Assembly (NCBI GenBank): GCA_050011035.1
Contig: JBEKJW010000008.1
Span: forward strand, 1-58,980
From: Candidatus Acidiferrales bacterium
GTDB taxonomy: Bacteria; Acidobacteriota; Terriglobia; Acidiferrales; UBA7541
DNA length: 58,980 nt
Direction: 5' to 3'
How positions within the stretch are numbered: the stretch's first letter is position 1; every line of letters starts with the position of its first letter. Of the stretch, positions 35,143 through 43,747 are shown piece by piece. The notes beneath the pieces are model-generated. The model was not told the DNA's origin and searched no databases. It worked only from the letters and a program-made list of their open reading frames with translations. Position numbers and translations under genes: made by a program.

Positions 35143-38100
35143 ATGTCGAAGGAAATGGTTATTTCGGCCAACCCCCACGAGACGCGGGTGGCCATCTTGG
35201 AAGAAGGTCAGCTTTGTGAGTATTACGTAGAGCGCGAAAAAGAGTTTGCGTTAGTCGGCAGCATCTACAAGGGCAAGGTCACGCGCGTGCTTCCCGGCAT
35301 GCAGTCGGCCTTCGTCGAAATCGGTCTCGATAGCGACGCCTTCCTGTACGTCAGCGACTTCCTGGAAGAAATTGAAGGGCTCGACCACGTCGCGACGGAC
35401 GATAAGTCCGCGAAGCCCGCGCACGCGGCGCCCTTCAGCAGCGCACCGGCGGAGAACGGCGGCAGCGAATCTGCTGTGGCTCCGATGGAAGGCGAAAGCA
35501 TCTCGGGTGATCCGGCGGATTCGCTCGAATCGCAGCCTCCTGCCAATTACGTTCCATCCCCCATTGTTGCGCGGCCGCAGTCGGGCTCTCAGCAGCACGA
35601 CCGCCCTCGGTTTGAACATCGCGGCGGTAGCGGTGGCGGAGATCGCAACCGTGGTGGCGGTGGCGGTTTCAATCGCCGCGGCGGGCGAAACCGCCAGCGC
35701 GGGCGAGGTCCCGGCGGCGGTGGTGGCGGACGGGGCGGAGAACGCCGTTTCGGGCGCGATTTGCCGTCGTCCAAATATGCTTCGTCGCGCAGCCACGAAG
35801 ATCAGCCGCAGGATCCAAGCCTCCCAGCCGGCCATATCTCAACCGTACTTCCCGGCGAATCGATCTCGAAGTTCCGCGACCGCCCCGACGCTCTTTCTGC
35901 GCCGGTCGCCGAGCAACCTGTGCACGATCCATTTAACGTAGCGCCGCCGCCCGAATCCGTCGAGCAAGAGGCGCAGCCGCGCGACGAGCACGAGCACCAG
36001 CCGCCGCGTGAATTTCAGCAGCGCGACACACGCCGGTTCGACCGTGGTTCGCGTTTTGACCGTGGGCCGCGCCACAGCGGTGGTCCGCGTTTCAGCAATC
36101 AACCGACCAGCAGCGCTCCTAGCTCGGGCGGCGGCTTTGCGTCGCATATCGAGCCTCTGCCGGGCGAATCGATTTCGAAGTGGAAGGCGCACGCACACCT
36201 GCCGCCCGATCCCGTCGATGAAACTCCGGGTGCGTCCGCTTCGCATGTGGATGAAGTCGAAGGCCACGTCGATGAAGGACAGCACGACGAGCTTGGGCTG
36301 CACGCCTCGCACGCGCTCGATGAGATTGCTTCGGGGCGGGAACACGCTGCCGAAGCGCGTCACGCCCAAGCGGAGCACGACGACGGGCATGACGACGAGC
36401 GTCACGATGTGCACCACGATGAGCCGCGCCACGAAGCTCGCACCGAAGTTTCGTCGCATGTGGACGACGCACCCGCATCGCACGTGATCGACGAGCACCT
36501 CACCGAGGACGAAGCTGCCGCGCTCGCCGAGCACATCGCCGAAGCCCAGGAAGAACAATCTGCCCTCGAGTCGCACGGCCACGAACACGATGAGCACGAG
36601 GACGACGCGCATCGTGACCACGAAGACCGCGACGCCGATGACGCGCACGACGAAATTCACGCCGGAGAAACCGAGACGCACGCCGTTTCCGACGTTGATC
36701 TGGAAGGCGCGCACGAGCCGCACGAAGGTGATGAATCCGAATCCTTCGAATCCCGCGCCGAAGCTCTGATGGCGCCGGACACGATGGACTCCGAAGAAGG
36801 CGTCGCATCAGAGGAAACTCTTGACGCCGGCGACGCGCAGGCCGACGCCATCCTCGCCGCCGATTCCGCTCAGCAGCCGCCGAACGAAGCGCGCGTCCGC
36901 AACGACTTCCGCTCGCGCATGAACAATCCGGCGCGCCGCGGAGGACGCGACCGTGGCCGCCGCGATCATCGCCACGGCGGCCGTCCGCACCACCACGGCC
37001 ATCACCGCCCGCATCAGCCGCGCAAGATCCAGCTGATCGCGGACATGCTCAAGCAGGGCCAGGAAATCATCGTCCAGATCGCGAAGGAACCTCTCGGCAA
37101 GAAGGGCGCGCGCATCACCAGCCACGTCGCTCTGCCGGGCCGTTTCCTCGTCTACATGCCCACGCTCGATCACACCGGCGTTTCGCGCAAGATCGCGTCC
37201 GCCGAAGAGCGCGCGCGCCTGCGTCATCTGGTGAACGAAGCGAAAGGCACATCCGGCGGCGGCTTCATCGTCCGCACCGCCGCAGCCAGCGCCGCGCCGG
37301 AAGATGTTCGCGCCGACGTGGAATTCCTCACCCGCACGTGGGCCGAAATCAAAACGCGCTCGGAGTCGAAGAAAGCTCCGTCGCTTTTGCACCGCGATCT
37401 AAACCTTGTGGAGCGCATTCTTCGCGACTTCGTCACGCCCGATTTCGGGGCGATCTGGGTCGATTCCGAAGAGGGCTATACGAAGGTCGTCGAGTTCATG
37501 AGCCGGTTTCAGCCACAGCTTGTGAGCCGCGTGAAGCTCTACTCCAAGCAGACACCGGTATTCGAAGAATTCGGCATCCAGCAGGAAATCGACAAGGGCC
37601 TGCGCCCGAAGGTCTGGCTTAAGTCCGGCGGCTACATCGTCATCAACCACACCGAAGCGCTTGTTGCGATCGATGTCAACACCGGCAAGTTCGTCGGCAA
37701 GGGCTCGAACCGCCTGGAAGACACCATCGTCCGCACCAACGTGGAAGCGGTGAAGGAAATCGTCCGCCAGATGCGCTTGCGCGATCTCGGCGGCATCATC
37801 GTCATCGACTTCATCGACATGGAAGAGCGCCGCAATCGCGACAAAGTGATGGCGGCGCTCGAAGACGCGTTGCGCGCCGACCGTGCTCCGTCAAAGGTGC
37901 TGCGCTTCAACGAATTCGGTCTCGTCGCCATCACGCGTAAGCGCACCAAGCAAGCTCTGGAGCGCACACTCTGCCAGCCGTGCCCTTACTGCACGGGCTC
38001 CGGCATGGTGAAGTCGATCGCGACGCTCTGCTACGAATTGCAGACCGAAGCCATGAAGATGTCGCCGGAGATGCCGTCGGGCAGCATCACGCTTCGCGTG

Positions 38101-38232
38101 CATCCCGAAATTTCGAAGGCGCTCAAGACGCGCGAGTCGTCGCTGATCGAGGAACTCGAGCGCTGGACGAAAAAGAGCGTCATCATCCAGGCCGATCCCA
38201 CGCTCCACTGGGAGCAGTACGACATCTACTAA
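35143..38232 (+). CDS. rng: RNase G/E-family endoribonuclease with a ~550-aa internal low-complexity insertion
   Basis: The N-terminal S1 half is VGSIYKGKVTRVLPGMQSAFVEIGLDSDAFLYVSDF. The second half and catalytic core resume at KIQLIADMLKQGQEIIVQIAKEPLGKKGARITSHVALPGRFLVYMPT...EALVAIDVNTGKF...GGIIVIDFIDM...CPYCTGSG. RBS is GAGGAG. Confidence 0.9.
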   Translation: MSKEMVISANPHETRVAILEEGQLCEYYVEREKEFALVGSIYKGKVTRVLPGMQSAFVEIGLDSDAFLYVSDFLEEIEGLDHVATDDKSAKPAHAAPFSSAPAENGGSESAVAPMEGESISGDPADSLESQPPANYVPSPIVARPQSGSQQHDRPRFEHRGGSGGGDRNRGGGGGFNRRGGRNRQRGRGPGGGGGGRGGERRFGRDLPSSKYASSRSHEDQPQDPSLPAGHISTVLPGESISKFRDRPDALSAPVAEQPVHDPFNVAPPPESVEQEAQPRDEHEHQPPREFQQRDTRRFDRGSRFDRGPRHSGGPRFSNQPTSSAPSSGGGFASHIEPLPGESISKWKAHAHLPPDPVDETPGASASHVDEVEGHVDEGQHDELGLHASHALDEIASGREHAAEARHAQAEHDDGHDDERHDVHHDEPRHEARTEVSSHVDDAPASHVIDEHLTEDEAAALAEHIAEAQEEQSALESHGHEHDEHEDDAHRDHEDRDADDAHDEIHAGETETHAVSDVDLEGAHEPHEGDESESFESRAEALMAPDTMDSEEGVASEETLDAGDAQADAILAADSAQQPPNEARVRNDFRSRMNNPARRGGRDRGRRDHRHGGRPHHHGHHRPHQPRKIQLIADMLKQGQEIIVQIAKEPLGKKGARITSHVALPGRFLVYMPTLDHTGVSRKIASAEERARLRHLVNEAKGTSGGGFIVRTAAASAAPEDVRADVEFLTRTWAEIKTRSESKKAPSLLHRDLNLVERILRDFVTPDFGAIWVDSEEGYTKVVEFMSRFQPQLVSRVKLYSKQTPVFEEFGIQQEIDKGLRPKVWLKSGGYIVINHTEALVAIDVNTGKFVGKGSNRLEDTIVRTNVEAVKEIVRQMRLRDLGGIIVIDFIDMEERRNRDKVMAALEDALRADRAPSKVLRFNEFGLVAITRKRTKQALERTLCQPCPYCTGSGMVKSIATLCYELQTEAMKMSPEMPSGSITLRVHPEISKALKTRESSLIEELERWTKKSVIIQADPTLHWEQYDIY

Positions 38233-38303
38233 AGTTCATCCAGGGATTCGACGCGATACAATAGCGCGACGCACATGAATCCTTTCGGCATAGGAAGACT
38301 GAC

Positions 38304-39242
38304 GTGACCTCTGCGGTGCTTATATCCACGTGGGAAGCCGGCTTGTTCGTCTTCTCCAGCGGCGCGCCTGAACGGGAACTTGTTGGCCATTCTATTCAAG
38401 CGCTCGCATCCGACGGGTACGGCGGCACTCTCGCCATCGTCGATGAGAACTCGCTGCGCCGTCGCGCAACCGATGGCACCTGGAGCACAATCGCGGCTGC
38501 CGAAAATCTCGCGTGCTGTGTGGCCGCGGGCGGTGCTATCTACATCGGCACGAATGACCCATCCGTCTTGCGCGTCGATGCCACGGGAAAAATCGAAAAA
38601 CTTGCTGGCTTAGATCGGGTCGGAGGCCGCGACACGTGGTACGCAGGCAGCGCCATCGTCGACGGCAAGCGTGTCGGCCCGCCGCTCGGGATTCGCTCCA
38701 TTACCGCAACACCCGACGGTTCCGTGCTTCTCGCAAATGTCCACGTCGGCGGCATTCCGCGATCGACGGATCGAGGCGCAACCTGGCAACCCACCATCGA
38801 CGTTGCCACCGACGTTCACGAAGTTCGCGTACACCCAAGCCGCTCGAATATTGTCGCTGCCGCCTCCGCGCTCGGCCTCTGCACAAGCACGGATGGAGGC
38901 GTCACCTGGGAAATCGACAATCGTGGGCTTTACGCCTCGCACTGTTCTGCGGTCGCATTCGCAGGCGACGCTGTTTTCGTGTCCGCGTCGATAAACCCGT
39001 TCATTCCCGAAGGCAAGCTCTACCGCCGAGGCGTGGATGAGCGTGGGCCGCTCGTTCCCGTCAGCGATGGCCTTCCCGAATGGCTCGGCGGCAAGATCGA
39101 CACTCGCTGCATCGGGGCGAAAGGCTCAAACGTCGCATTCGCCGACATGAGTGGAGTTCTCTACGTGTCATCCGACGCGGGCCGTACCTGGTCGCGCCGG
39201 GCTGACGGCATTCCCATGCCAAGCAGTGTCGTGCTCGTCTGA
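38304..39242 (+). CDS. BNR/Asp-box repeat beta-propeller protein (sialidase-fold-like), hypothetical
   Basis: Three Asp-box-like motifs: STDRGATW, STDGGVTW, SSDAGRTW. GTG start. No obvious signal peptide. Confidence 0.65.
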   Translation: MTSAVLISTWEAGLFVFSSGAPERELVGHSIQALASDGYGGTLAIVDENSLRRRATDGTWSTIAAAENLACCVAAGGAIYIGTNDPSVLRVDATGKIEKLAGLDRVGGRDTWYAGSAIVDGKRVGPPLGIRSITATPDGSVLLANVHVGGIPRSTDRGATWQPTIDVATDVHEVRVHPSRSNIVAAASALGLCTSTDGGVTWEIDNRGLYASHCSAVAFAGDAVFVSASINPFIPEGKLYRRGVDERGPLVPVSDGLPEWLGGKIDTRCIGAKGSNVAFADMSGVLYVSSDAGRTWSRRADGIPMPSSVVLV

Positions 39243-39285
39243 CCGCGCCGTCGATTGGATGATGGCGAGAGACTACGGAGCAACC

Positions 39286-39810
39286 ATGAAAATCAGATCG
39301 TCGTTAATCGCCGCAGTCATTCTCGTGTCGCTCGGGGTAGCATGGTTGCTCGGCGTTGCGCGAGCGAGCGCGCCGCAAGCTGCATCCGCTGCCAAGGAGA
39401 CCGCCGTGACGACGCACCAGGCCAAAGGCCCATTTGACGTGAAGCTCGCGCCGCTCAAATCCGACGGCATCGATCCCGGCATCGGCGCGATGTCCATCGA
39501 CAAGCAGTTTCACGGTGCGCTGGAAGGAACGAGCAAAGGCACGATGCTTTCGTTCCGGACGGAATCTAACGGCTCGGGCGGCTACGTCGCGATCGAGAAA
39601 GTCGACGGCACGCTCGACGGCCGCAAAGGCACGTTCGTCCTGCAACACAACGCCACGATGGATCGCGGAACGCCCATGCTCAATATCATCGTCATCCCCG
39701 ATTCCGGCACCGGCGAACTCACCGGCATCACCGGCAAAATGAATATCGAAATCGCCGCCGGTGGCAAGCACTCCTACACTTTCGACTACACGCTGCCCGC
39801 CGCGCAGTAG
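39286..39810 (+). CDS. Secreted DUF3224-like protein
   Basis: GGAG RBS before the ATG at 39286. Signal peptide MKIRSSLIAAVILVSLGVAWLLG. GTLDGRKGTFVLQHNAT...IPDSGTGELTGITGKMNI matches my memory of the DUF3224 pattern. Confidence 0.72.
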   Translation: MKIRSSLIAAVILVSLGVAWLLGVARASAPQAASAAKETAVTTHQAKGPFDVKLAPLKSDGIDPGIGAMSIDKQFHGALEGTSKGTMLSFRTESNGSGGYVAIEKVDGTLDGRKGTFVLQHNATMDRGTPMLNIIVIPDSGTGELTGITGKMNIEIAAGGKHSYTFDYTLPAAQ

Positions 39811-39843
39811 CAATTCGCGCCGGCGTTATATACTGCGCGAATC

Positions 39844-40275
39844 ATGCCCGCTCCCGACCGCGCCGCGCTGCTCGCTTTCCTCCGCAAGCATCGCCTCGGC
39901 GTGCTCTCCACCGTTTCGCCCGAGGGCAAGCCTGAAGCCGCAGTCGTCGGCATCGCCATCAGCGACGATCTTGAAATCGTTTTCGACACCCTCGACACCA
40001 CGCGCAAAATTCGCAACCTGCGCCGCTCGCGCAACATCGCGTTTGTAATTGGATGGGACGAGGAGATTACCGTCCAGCTGGAAGGCATCGCCGACGAGCC
40101 GCACGGCGCCGAACTGGCGCGCCTGAAGCAAACTTACTTCGGCGCCTATCCCGACGGCCGCGAGCGCGAACGTTGGCCGCATATCACCTGGGTGCGCGTG
40201 CGGCCACACTGGGTTCGCTACAGCGACTTCAATGCCGGCGGTGGAATCTTCGAATTCACGAAAGACCAGCTCTGA
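39844..40275 (+). CDS. Pyridoxamine 5'-phosphate oxidase-family (FMN-binding split-barrel) protein
   Basis: RAALLAFLRKHRLGVLSTVSPEGKPEAAVVGIA...TRKIRNLRRSRNIAFVIG is a typical PNPOx-like N-terminal half. Confidence 0.82.
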   Translation: MPAPDRAALLAFLRKHRLGVLSTVSPEGKPEAAVVGIAISDDLEIVFDTLDTTRKIRNLRRSRNIAFVIGWDEEITVQLEGIADEPHGAELARLKQTYFGAYPDGRERERWPHITWVRVRPHWVRYSDFNAGGGIFEFTKDQL

Positions 40276-40281
40276 AAATCC

Positions 40282-40524
40282 TCAAAGCGCCTCTCCGCGC
40301 GCCGCTTGGCCCTTCAACAGAAATGTTTTGGGATACTTTCCTTCGCCGCAGATCTTGAAGGTGCCGAAGTCCTTATACCGTTCACCGTCAGGCGCATCCG
40401 GTTCCGATTCGCGCCACAGCTTGAGTTGGTAGAGGTCTTCCGCCGTGATCTTGCGTTCTTGCAGCCGGTCGAAGAGGTGGTCGCGCAGCGCCAGTGGCAG
40501 ATTCGTCCACTGGATCTTCGGCAT
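40282..40524 (-). CDS. Small hypothetical protein, downstream member of a toxin-antitoxin-like pair (no recognised toxin family)
   Basis: 80 aa, MPKIQWTNLPLALRDHLFDRLQERKITAEDLYQLKLWRESEPDAPDGERYKDFGTFKICGEGKYPKTFLLKGQ. Its ATG overlaps the upstream TGA (TGATG). Confidence 0.6.
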   Translation of the reverse strand: MPKIQWTNLPLALRDHLFDRLQERKITAEDLYQLKLWRESEPDAPDGERYKDFGTFKICGEGKYPKTFLLKGQAARGEAL

Positions 40525-40781
40525 CACTCACCAAACGTCATGCGTGCCAACTCTTTTTTGATCTTCTCTCGCTCGCCGGTGTCGGCAGTTTCCGAAAGCT
40601 TTCCCGCGAGCGCGAAAAATCGGTCTTTCTCTGCATTCTTTGCAGCAAGGCCCGCTTCAATCAGGTCGGCCAGGACGCGGCTGGAGCTGGTCTTATAGCT
40701 TTTCGCCATCGCCCGCACGCGCTTCATCACCTGCCCCGACACGGGCACGCTAGCTCTTATTGATTTGTTTTCCTTAGGCAT
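40524..40781 (-). CDS. Small ribbon-helix-helix-like DNA-binding protein (putative antitoxin/regulator)
   Basis: 85 aa. SIRASVPVSGQVMKRVRAMAKSYKTSSSRVLADLIEAGL has the beta-strand/helix/helix pattern of CopG/RHH proteins. The C-terminal tail is charged. Confidence 0.62.
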   Translation of the reverse strand: MPKENKSIRASVPVSGQVMKRVRAMAKSYKTSSSRVLADLIEAGLAAKNAEKDRFFALAGKLSETADTGEREKIKKELARMTFGE

Positions 40782-40796
40782 CTGTTCATTTTACAC

Positions 40797-40816
40797 CACT
40801 TTGCATCACTCTGCAT
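40797..40816. promoter_or_regulatory. Tandem 10-nt direct repeats CACT[T/C]TGCAT upstream of the RHH gene; candidate operator overlapping its promoter
   Basis: Read directly (9/10 identical, adjacent). A TAAAAT -10-like hexamer (40788-40793, minus strand) lies between the repeats and the ATG. Confidence 0.35.
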
Positions 40817-40852
40817 CAAAGTGCCGTTGTCGTTGTTTTCCAGGCCTGTGCT

Positions 40853-41845
40853 ATGATGTCGTTTCTTCAGACGCCAAATATTCAGGAGCCAAGCCGCTTG
40901 TCTGCGCGCATTCTGAACGGCAACGCCATCCGTGACCAGATTTACGGCGAGCTGAACGCTGAAATTGCGGCGCTCGCAGCGGCCGGAATTCGCCCGGGCC
41001 TCGCCGCCGTGCTCGTCGGCGATAATCCCGCCTCAAAGCTTTACGTAAACAGCAAAATCGCCGCCTGCGAAAAACTCGGCCTCGCGAGTTTCATGCTCAC
41101 ACCGCCCGCGACGATCACCACCGACGAACTTCTCGCCGTCATCGACAGCCTCAACCGCCGCGACGACATTGACGGCATCCTCGTCCAGATGCCGTTGCCA
41201 CCGCAGGTCGACGCAAAGCGCATCCTCGATGCCGTCGCACCCGAAAAAGACGTCGATGGCTTTCACCCGATCAACGTGGGCAAGCTCGTCGCGGGGCGCC
41301 CGAGCCTGGTGGCCTGCACGCCCGCGGGCGTGATGGAAATTCTGAAGCGCAGCGGCATTCCAACGGATGGGGCGAACGCAGTCGTGATCGGCCGCAGTGA
41401 TATCGTTGGCAAGCCGATGGCGCTACTTCTCCTCCACTCCAACGCTACGGTCACGATCTGCCACTCAAAAACGAAAGACCTCGCCGGCACCGTCCGTCGC
41501 GCGGACATCGTCGTCGCCGCCATCGGCCGCGCTGCAATGGTCACGCCCGATTTCATCCGCCCGGACGCCGCGGTAATCGACGTCGGCCAGAACGTGATCA
41601 CCGACGCCGCAGAAGCGCAGAGAATTTTCGCGGATTTCCCCGACAAGATCGAATCCTTCCGCAAAAAAGGTTCGGTGCTCGTCGGCGACGTTCATCCAAG
41701 CGTTGTCAACGTCGCCGGTGCGTTCACGCCGGTTCCCGGCGGCGTGGGGCCGCTCACCATCGCGATGCTCATGAGCAACACCGTCCGCGCCGCGCGCATG
41801 CGCCGCGGCAACCTCGTCCCCGCCGCGGCTGCGGCGAAATCCTAA
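40853..41845 (+). CDS. folD: Bifunctional methylenetetrahydrofolate dehydrogenase / methenyl-THF cyclohydrolase FolD
   Basis: PGLAAVLVGDNPASKLYVNSK, DGILVQMPLP, VVIGRSDIVGKPMALLL, PVPGGVGPLTIAML. Confidence 0.93.
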   Translation: MMSFLQTPNIQEPSRLSARILNGNAIRDQIYGELNAEIAALAAAGIRPGLAAVLVGDNPASKLYVNSKIAACEKLGLASFMLTPPATITTDELLAVIDSLNRRDDIDGILVQMPLPPQVDAKRILDAVAPEKDVDGFHPINVGKLVAGRPSLVACTPAGVMEILKRSGIPTDGANAVVIGRSDIVGKPMALLLLHSNATVTICHSKTKDLAGTVRRADIVVAAIGRAAMVTPDFIRPDAAVIDVGQNVITDAAEAQRIFADFPDKIESFRKKGSVLVGDVHPSVVNVAGAFTPVPGGVGPLTIAMLMSNTVRAARMRRGNLVPAAAAAKS

Positions 41846-42468
41846 TGCTCCGCGTCGGCCTCACCGGCGGAATGGCTGCCGGCAAATCCACCGTCGCGTC
41901 TATGCTGCGCGCGCACGACTATCCCGTGCTCGATGCGGACACCATCGGCCACGAACTGCTCGAAGAAGGACAGGACGCTTACAAAGACGTCGTCGCTACC
42001 TTTGGGATCGACGTCCTCGACCAGCACGGCAATATCGACCGCGCCGAGCTTGGCAAAATTGTTTTCGCCGAACCGGAGAAGTTGAAAGTGTTGAACACGA
42101 TTCTTCACCCGCGCATCGGCAAAGTTGTCGAAGACTGGTTCGCCGCGCTTGCTCGCAGCAGCGATCCTCCCGACATCGCGGTCGTCGAAGCAGCGCTGCT
42201 CTTCGAATCCGGCTTTTCACATTCGCTCGATAAAATGATGGTCTGCTGGTGCCGCCCCGAGCAGCAAGTCGAACGAATGCTCGAGCGCGGCCTCACCGAA
42301 GACGAAGCAAAGCAGCGCATCGCCGCGCAAATGCCCAACGAAGAAAAGCTGAAGCTCGCCGACGCTACGATCGACTGCTCCGGCACGATCGAAGAAACCG
42401 AACGCCTCGTCGCCTCCGCGCTCGCAAAATTGATACGCAGCTCAGCTCCGCCGCAGAAACCGGCCTAG
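41845..42468 (+). CDS. coaE: Dephospho-CoA kinase
   Basis: MLRVGLTGGMAAGKSTV P-loop, 207 aa, start overlaps the folD stop (TAATG). Confidence 0.9.
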   Translation: MLRVGLTGGMAAGKSTVASMLRAHDYPVLDADTIGHELLEEGQDAYKDVVATFGIDVLDQHGNIDRAELGKIVFAEPEKLKVLNTILHPRIGKVVEDWFAALARSSDPPDIAVVEAALLFESGFSHSLDKMMVCWCRPEQQVERMLERGLTEDEAKQRIAAQMPNEEKLKLADATIDCSGTIEETERLVASALAKLIRSSAPPQKPA

Positions 42469-42484
42469 CCGTCTCCACTCACTC

Positions 42485-43684
42485 ATGCGAACGCGAATCG
42501 CTGCCAATATCTCCGCCGTCGCCGTTCTCGCAGCCGCACTCGTGACGAATCTCTCGCCCGTCGTGCCGGCGGCCTCAGCCACACGCCGTCGCGCTATCGC
42601 GCCGCCCGCCGAAACGCACGCGACACGTTGGACCGAAAAGCAGGCCAACGATTGGTACGCCGCGCAGCCGTGGTACGTCGGCAGCAATTACATCCCGTCA
42701 AACGCGATCAATGAGCTCGAGATGTGGCAAGCCTCCACATTCGATCCAAAGCGTGTCGATGTCGAGCTCGGTTGGGCGGAATCGATCGGGCTGAACGCCA
42801 TGCGCGTATTCCTGCATGACCTGCTCTGGCAGCAGGATGCCGCCGGCTTTCAGAAACGCATCGATACGTTTCTTGCGATCGCCGCGAAGCACCACATCAA
42901 GATCCTTTTCGTGCTGTTTGATTCGTGCTGGGATCCGAATCCGCAGCTAGGCCCGCAGCGGGCGCCGCGTCCGGGCGTACACAATTCCGGCTGGGTGCAG
43001 AGCCCCGGCGCAAGAGCTCTGGAAGATCCGTCGCAATATCCGCATCTTGAAGCGTATGTGAAGGGCGTCGTCGGCGCCTTCGCGAAAGATTCGCGCGTGC
43101 TGGGCTGGGACGTGTGGAACGAGCCCGACAACACCAACGACGGAAACTATCCCGATCCGGCGAACAAAGTCGAAATCATCGCGAAACTGCTGCCCCAGGT
43201 TTTCGGTTGGGCGCGTTCAGCGCATCCAACGCAGCCGCTCACCAGTGGCCTGTGGAAGGGCGAATGGGCTCCGCTCGAAAAACTCGACGGCGTTCCGCGC
43301 GAGCAGGTCGAACTCTCTGACATCATTTCGTTCCACAACTACGACAAGCCGGAATCTTTCGAGAGCCGCGTCACTTCTCTACTGCCCTATCGCCGCCCGT
43401 TGATTTGCACCGAGTACATGGCACGATCGAACGGCTCGACATTTCAGCGCACGCTTCCCATCGCGAAAAAATACAATGTCGCCGCGTTCAATTGGGGCCT
43501 GGTCGAAGGAAAAACGCAGACCACCCTGCCGTGGGATTCGTGGCAAAAGCCTTACATCGATCGCCAGCCCGCGATGTGGTTCCACGATATTTTCCGCACG
43601 GACGGTACGCCCTACAGCACCGATGAAGTGAATTTCATCCGCACCATCACCGGCCGCGGAACACCGCTACCGGCGCGGCACTGA
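42485..43684 (+). CDS. Secreted clan GH-A (GH5-like) glycoside hydrolase
   Basis: Signal peptide. GWDVWNEPDN (acid/base NEP) and a later CTEY (candidate nucleophile Glu) are spaced as in (beta/alpha)8 GH-A enzymes. Confidence 0.75.
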   Translation: MRTRIAANISAVAVLAAALVTNLSPVVPAASATRRRAIAPPAETHATRWTEKQANDWYAAQPWYVGSNYIPSNAINELEMWQASTFDPKRVDVELGWAESIGLNAMRVFLHDLLWQQDAAGFQKRIDTFLAIAAKHHIKILFVLFDSCWDPNPQLGPQRAPRPGVHNSGWVQSPGARALEDPSQYPHLEAYVKGVVGAFAKDSRVLGWDVWNEPDNTNDGNYPDPANKVEIIAKLLPQVFGWARSAHPTQPLTSGLWKGEWAPLEKLDGVPREQVELSDIISFHNYDKPESFESRVTSLLPYRRPLICTEYMARSNGSTFQRTLPIAKKYNVAAFNWGLVEGKTQTTLPWDSWQKPYIDRQPAMWFHDIFRTDGTPYSTDEVNFIRTITGRGTPLPARH

Positions 43685-43747
43685 TACGACCCGCCATATT
43701 GGCATCGCGCCAACTCGCTTTGCCGCGTAATTTGCTAAACTGCGGCG

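Noticed and set aside
40782-40852. Looked for a ZTP (pfl) riboswitch upstream of folD
   Set aside because: Only ~70 nt is available, and it is occupied by the divergent TA-like promoter. I did not see the conserved ZTP pseudoknot sequences.
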